From positions 3,720,001 through 3,784,000 of the forward strand of contig OX597826.1 of assembly GCA_951406725.2 (NCBI GenBank): DNA of 64,000 nt, in the 5' to 3' direction. The stretch is from Octopus vulgaris (Eukaryota). The notes beneath the pieces were generated by a model. The model was not told the origin of the DNA and searched no databases. It was given only the letters and a program-made list of their open reading frames with translations. A program made the translations under genes and the position numbers. Positions 58,943 to 64,000 of this stretch are shown piece by piece (positions within the stretch are counted from its first letter, which is position 1; every line of letters starts with the position of its first letter).

Positions 58943-59013
58943 AGCAAAGCCAGCGCCTAGAGACTAGTTTCAGAGTTATTGCTCTTCATCAGTCTGCAGT
59001 AGCTTGGCTTGCT
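58943..59013 (-). ncRNA. Intact-looking minimal type I hammerhead ribozyme
   Basis: Minus strand: ...AGCAAGCCAAGCuacugcAGA CUGAUGA AGAG caauaa CUCU GAAA CUAG UC UCUaggcGCUGGCUUUGCU; canonical core, GUC triplet, palindromic ACUAGU, extended stem I. Confidence 0.85.
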
Positions 59014-59387
59014 AGCTTGATTCTTTATCAAAGGCACAATGTCTAATTACAGAGGGGACATACAAATACATGCGGGAACATAAAATATATGAATAATGAA
59101 TGTGAAATGAATATATTTACAATGCAAATGAGCCGGCCATCTCGCTCCCGCTGCAAGATAAAACTGTGTATTCCTTTACCATTAACTTTTACACAACACC
59201 TAGCCTCGCTCCGAGGTGAAACCGTGACTTCCCTTTTCGCTTTGCCTTACAATTAAATTCCTTTTAAACAAATGTTCATACAGGATTTACTTATTTATTT
59301 TCCTTTTCCTAATTTGTATATATGTGTGTGTGTGTGTGTGTGCGTATGAATATATGTATGTATGTAAATATATATATACATATATAT

Positions 59388-59430
59388 ACTAGCATTAAAG
59401 ACCCGTCGTTGCAGGGTCATAGTGCTAGTG
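59388..59430 (-). mobile_element. Helitron-type 3' terminus
   Basis: Reverse complement GACCCtgcaacgacGGGTC tttaatgCTAG|T (hairpin plus CTAG). Confidence 0.6.
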
Positions 59431-59892
59431 CATGTATGTATGTGTATATATATGTGTACATATTACATGTACATCTATATATAAACATCTACACATAAAA
59501 TACAAAATACAAAGTTATATCTTGATATCGCTAGTGATAACAATACTCAAAATATATAACAGACTGGAATTGTTAGCCCGTCTCTTGTAATTTCGATCAA
59601 TTGTACCTTGTCCTCCCTTTTGTATAGAAGTGTGGCTACAATCCAGCCTACCTCTACTTCTGTGTGGGATGGGGGCATTTTAATTTTTTTTTCCGGGACG
59701 CCCTACGTCCCAAATATAAAGGTAAATATATAATACTTCCACTTTGCAAGTTCGAGTCGAATACTCCCTTGCACGCTCCGTTGACTCGAACCTTGCTTAT
59801 ATTGTGGCGAATTTACCGCCTCTGATTAGATAACATTCATAGTCGCACCAAGACACTTTTCGAAGGTGCTTTCCTCCATGTGTTCAAATCTT

Positions 59893-60006
<114 letters not shown>

Positions 60007-60290
60007 TATATACATAGATACATTCATACACATACACATATATGTTGGCGTACAAAGAAGTAAGTGAACTAGAACAAGAGTGACGAAGAGGGTGTGAGAG
60101 CGTTGGGTAGAGAGCGAGATATAGAGGAAGAGAGTATATATATATATATATTATATTATATTATATTATATTATATTATATATATATATTATATATAATA
60201 TTATATATTATATTATATTATATTTATACTATAAAATTGGATTTAATCCTAAATCTAATTTTCCCCTGTAAGTTTGGATTTACTCCCTAA

Positions 60291-60386
<96 letters not shown>

Positions 60387-60823
60387 CTCCCAGTGATTGG
60401 TTGTAAGTCGATTTCATCATAGTCAGCTTATAGATCTACATAGCTTTGTCTCTTATATGTTTACATTCTGAGGTAAATGTCACACACACCATTCTGTATT
60501 ATACTACTATATTTGCGTTAGACACTATTTTCGGAGTCTCAAGTAGTCGTCTTATAAACCAATACGAGTTTTCGTCGATGTCTTCGCGACATGATATTAA
60601 TCCAACTGTTGGGATAACCACAGTGGCTATCAATACCGAAACCTAGATGAAGCTTTTGTTAGCTAACATCAATCGTAGACGGGTTAATACCTAAGATGTT
60701 AAACCCATCAGATTTCAACTGGACTATTTATTGATGCCAGGAGCTGACGAGCCAATCGTCATAAAGACAATCCGTCGTAAGTCGACGCCGACCTGCGTAC
60801 ATGTATATATGCATATCTATATA

Positions 60824-60890
60824 ATAACTTAGAATAACTTAGCAAAGGTTTCGGCCAGGTCATGTCTAACTTAATACCACTACCTGGCTA
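60824..60890 (-). mobile_element. Extreme 3' end of the CR1-like family seen at 40277
   Basis: ATAACTTAGAATAACTTAG...CATGTCTAACTTAATA.CAC.ACCTGGC matches 40275-40350. Confidence 0.85.
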
Positions 60891-61730
60891 TATATATATA
60901 TATATATTATAATGCGTGTGTGTGTATGTGTCGAAGTATGAGAGAGCGGGTAACAGAGAGTATGTATGTTTCTTAATTTCCCTAGTAGTTTGCGTGAGCG
61001 CACGCGTGTGTATATAGTCCTAATTATACCCGGATTTTTTTTTTTTTTATGTATGTCTATAAACATTTCTCCGTAGCAGTATTGCTTCCTACTTCAAAGC
61101 GCTGAGAACACAAACCAACCCACTGCGCAACATATTCTTCAGCTTAACAAAATATACAATATAGACAATTTCCCTTTATGACATTCTCTATACCGTCCCT
61201 TTCTTGTACTAATTCTCTCATCCTTTCTACTACTCTCTCTCTATATATATCACTCTATATGTCTCTTCCTCTCATTCATGTCCTCCCTCTATATCTTACT
61301 CTTTACAAAACGCTCTCACATATAAAAACATGCGGTATTTTTACCGCCTCCTACCCATCGTTACTTTCTCATTGCTCTCATACCCTTTCCGTAACTCTCG
61401 CCCTATTTCACTCATCTCTTTCCACGCAGGCATTTTTGCAATTCGTCATGTCAGGGGTTATTTAGTACATTCATATATTTTAGTTTGAATGCACCGAAAA
61501 ACGTCTCGCCGTAGAATTTATTTATATGCGAGTATGCATTTTTGTTTCTCGATATGTACGTATATATATATGTATGTGTGTGTGTCTGCGTGCGTGTGTG
61601 TGTGTGTGTGTGTGTGTACGTGTGCGTGTGTCTGCACATATATATATATATATATATATAAACACATATATGTATATTTGTGCGTGTGCTTATATGAGTA
61701 TATTTTGTGCGATTACACGTGCGTATATAT

Positions 61731-61891
<161 letters not shown>

Positions 61892-61903
61892 ATACATATA
61901 TAT

Positions 61904-61936
<33 letters not shown>

Positions 61937-62104
61937 AAGGGTGAAATTAATCTTTTCCCCTTTTACCTACGTGGTTTGTCTTCAAGTGCTTTGGTTTTTC
62001 TGGGAACTCCCTTTAAAGTAGAAAGAATAGCTAGGATTTTGACTGCTATCTCTAAAACTTCGGTGTGTGGTGAAGCTAATCGTGGCTGAACCCTAATTAT
62101 ACAG

Positions 62105-62163
<59 letters not shown>

Positions 62164-62292
62164 TATATATATACATATATACACACACACACACATATAT
62201 ATATATTATATATATACATACATGTACGTGCATACATATAAATATGTATATACATTCATACTAACAAAAGCGCATGCTATCAAATACATGTA

Positions 62293-62368
<76 letters not shown>

Positions 62369-62954
62369 ACTGTATGTGTGTCTGTTAGTCAGTTTGCTGC
62401 CTACTTACTGTTACGTTTGTGGTAAGCCAGCTTTGTAAATTTTGAACATCTCTTTACCCGTGTGAAATGAACATTATCGAAAATAGTCGGCAAATTCTCT
62501 CTACCAATCTTTGTTGATCAGCCCACCATAATTTTGAGTGGTAAGTAGATTATTTCACAAGAGAAGTTAAGTTAAATTCTGCTGTCGTGGTCGTCGTCGT
62601 TGCATATTTTGTACTCGTCCTTCACGTTGTTGTTGCTGTTGTTGTTGTTGCCGTTGCTTTTCCTGTTTTTGACTTTGATGTTATATCAATTGGCGATATT
62701 TCTGATTTTGTTTTCTTTCGGATGTAGTTGCACTTATCACGGCGGCTCTCGGCGTTTGTGTTGTTGCGGCTGTTACTGTACTAGCTTTTGTTGTTATTAT
62801 TATTATTGTGTCAACAGTTGCTTGTGTTGTTGTTGTTGTAGTTGTTGTTATTTAACCGAAGGTCAACTCTTTGTGAACAGACCAATGATCAAAAGTATTT
62901 CAGCTTTCTGTCAGGCAGCTCTTTGCCAGGACGACATTATTCAAATACGTCAAC

Positions 62955-63150
62955 GTGGCGAGTTGGCTGAAACGTTAGAGCGCCGGACGAAATACCACGT
63001 GTTATTTGCCCCTATAATTTATTTTCTGAGTTCAAATACCACTGTGGAAAATGTTGTCATTTGTTTCTCCAGGGCCGATAAAATAAAGTAACAATGTAGC
63101 TGAGGTGTACGTAATCAACCCACCCCCACCTCTCCTTACCGTTTTGTCTA
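62955..63150 (+). mobile_element. SINE family B-related, degraded
   Basis: GGCGAGTTGGCTGAAACGTTAGAGCGCCGGACGAAAT...TTCTGAGTTCAAAT. Confidence 0.7.
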
Positions 63151-63169
63151 AATAAGGATGCAATTAGGA

Positions 63170-63425
63170 TAAAGGTCCTCTGTGAGTCAGATAGACTCAT
63201 TGGGCAGGTTTTCCGGTTTCCGTGGCGTATAAATCCTCCCCCACACACACTTGGACGGGAAGCCGGTCCGTCGCAGGATTACACCTTTCTATCAACCGAT
63301 TGGAATGGTACAACGTGAAATGAAGTGCTTTGCTCAAGTACGCAACTCGTCCTCCCGATCGAGGAATCGAAACCTACATCTTACGATCATGAGACCAACG
63401 CCCAAACCGCTAAGCCACCTGTGTC
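63170..63425 (-). mobile_element. tRNA-derived SINE, degraded
   Basis: Reverse complement head GGTGGCTTAGCGG...GGTTTCGATTCC; shares the GGTTTCCGTGGCGTAT..GGACGGGA.GCCGGTCCGTCGCAGG block with family C. Confidence 0.7.
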
Positions 63426-64000
63426 TGAATAAGAAACTATAATTATATTACGGTTCTTTGTACCCTCAACTCAAATCCCAACTTGTTCAATTTTGGTCTT
63501 CGTGTTTTCGAGGTCACCCAAATAAAATATCAGTCCGCTAATGGACTTGATTCTCTCTCTTTCTTTTCTCTTTCTCTCTCTCTTTTTCTCTCTCATTCTC
63601 TTTCTCTCTCTCTCCCTCGCTCTTGCTCTCCCTCTTTCTGTTTCTATTAGTCATTCATTGACACAAGAATTTCAAATTACCAATCTGCTCACTCTGTGTC
63701 ACTGATGCGACCTGGAAATTAAGTAAATGTGACACACGGCTGAGGAATACTCTGCCTCATGCACATTACCTTCACGTGTATACAGTGAATTAGTCACACC
63801 AATAAATGCTTCTCTTGGTATCCAATGAAGCCGCCACAGATGAATGTTAACAGTCTGCAAAGATGTCAATGGTGAGCAATTTAAGCGAAAATTATTTCCT
63901 CCTTATATAATGTTCTGTGACTATGTACACTTTCCTCTCATAGGTTTGCTATTATCTGGCGCCGCATTTTTTCCTTGTTGCCTTTGTTGTTAATTAACAC

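Overview
Eukaryotic, very repeat-rich DNA. It is most likely a cephalopod (octopus-like) intron or intergenic region, judged from recalled SINE families and the microsatellite load; this is an inference, not a database result. No intact protein-coding gene is evident, and nearly all listed ORFs are translations of (TA)n/(CA)n/(TAGA)n/(TAA)n microsatellites. Recognisable content: three tRNA-derived SINE families (some with target-site duplications, TSDs), decayed Tc1/mariner transposons and MITEs, non-autonomous Helitrons, and 3' fragments of R4/Dong-like, RTE and CR1/L2 LINEs. The most interesting signal is a set of short, sequence-unrelated elements mostly next to (TA)n tracts, often folded back as long inverted repeats, that carry minimal type I hammerhead ribozyme (HHR) motifs. 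Most have a palindromic stem III, as known for Penelope-like elements and retrozymes. The cores include canonical C3-G8 (58943-59013), two compensatory variants, G3-C8 (14007-14057) and U3-A8 (52285-52326), and U4C variants (11940-12025, 50079-50113). All folds were read by eye and none has been tested.
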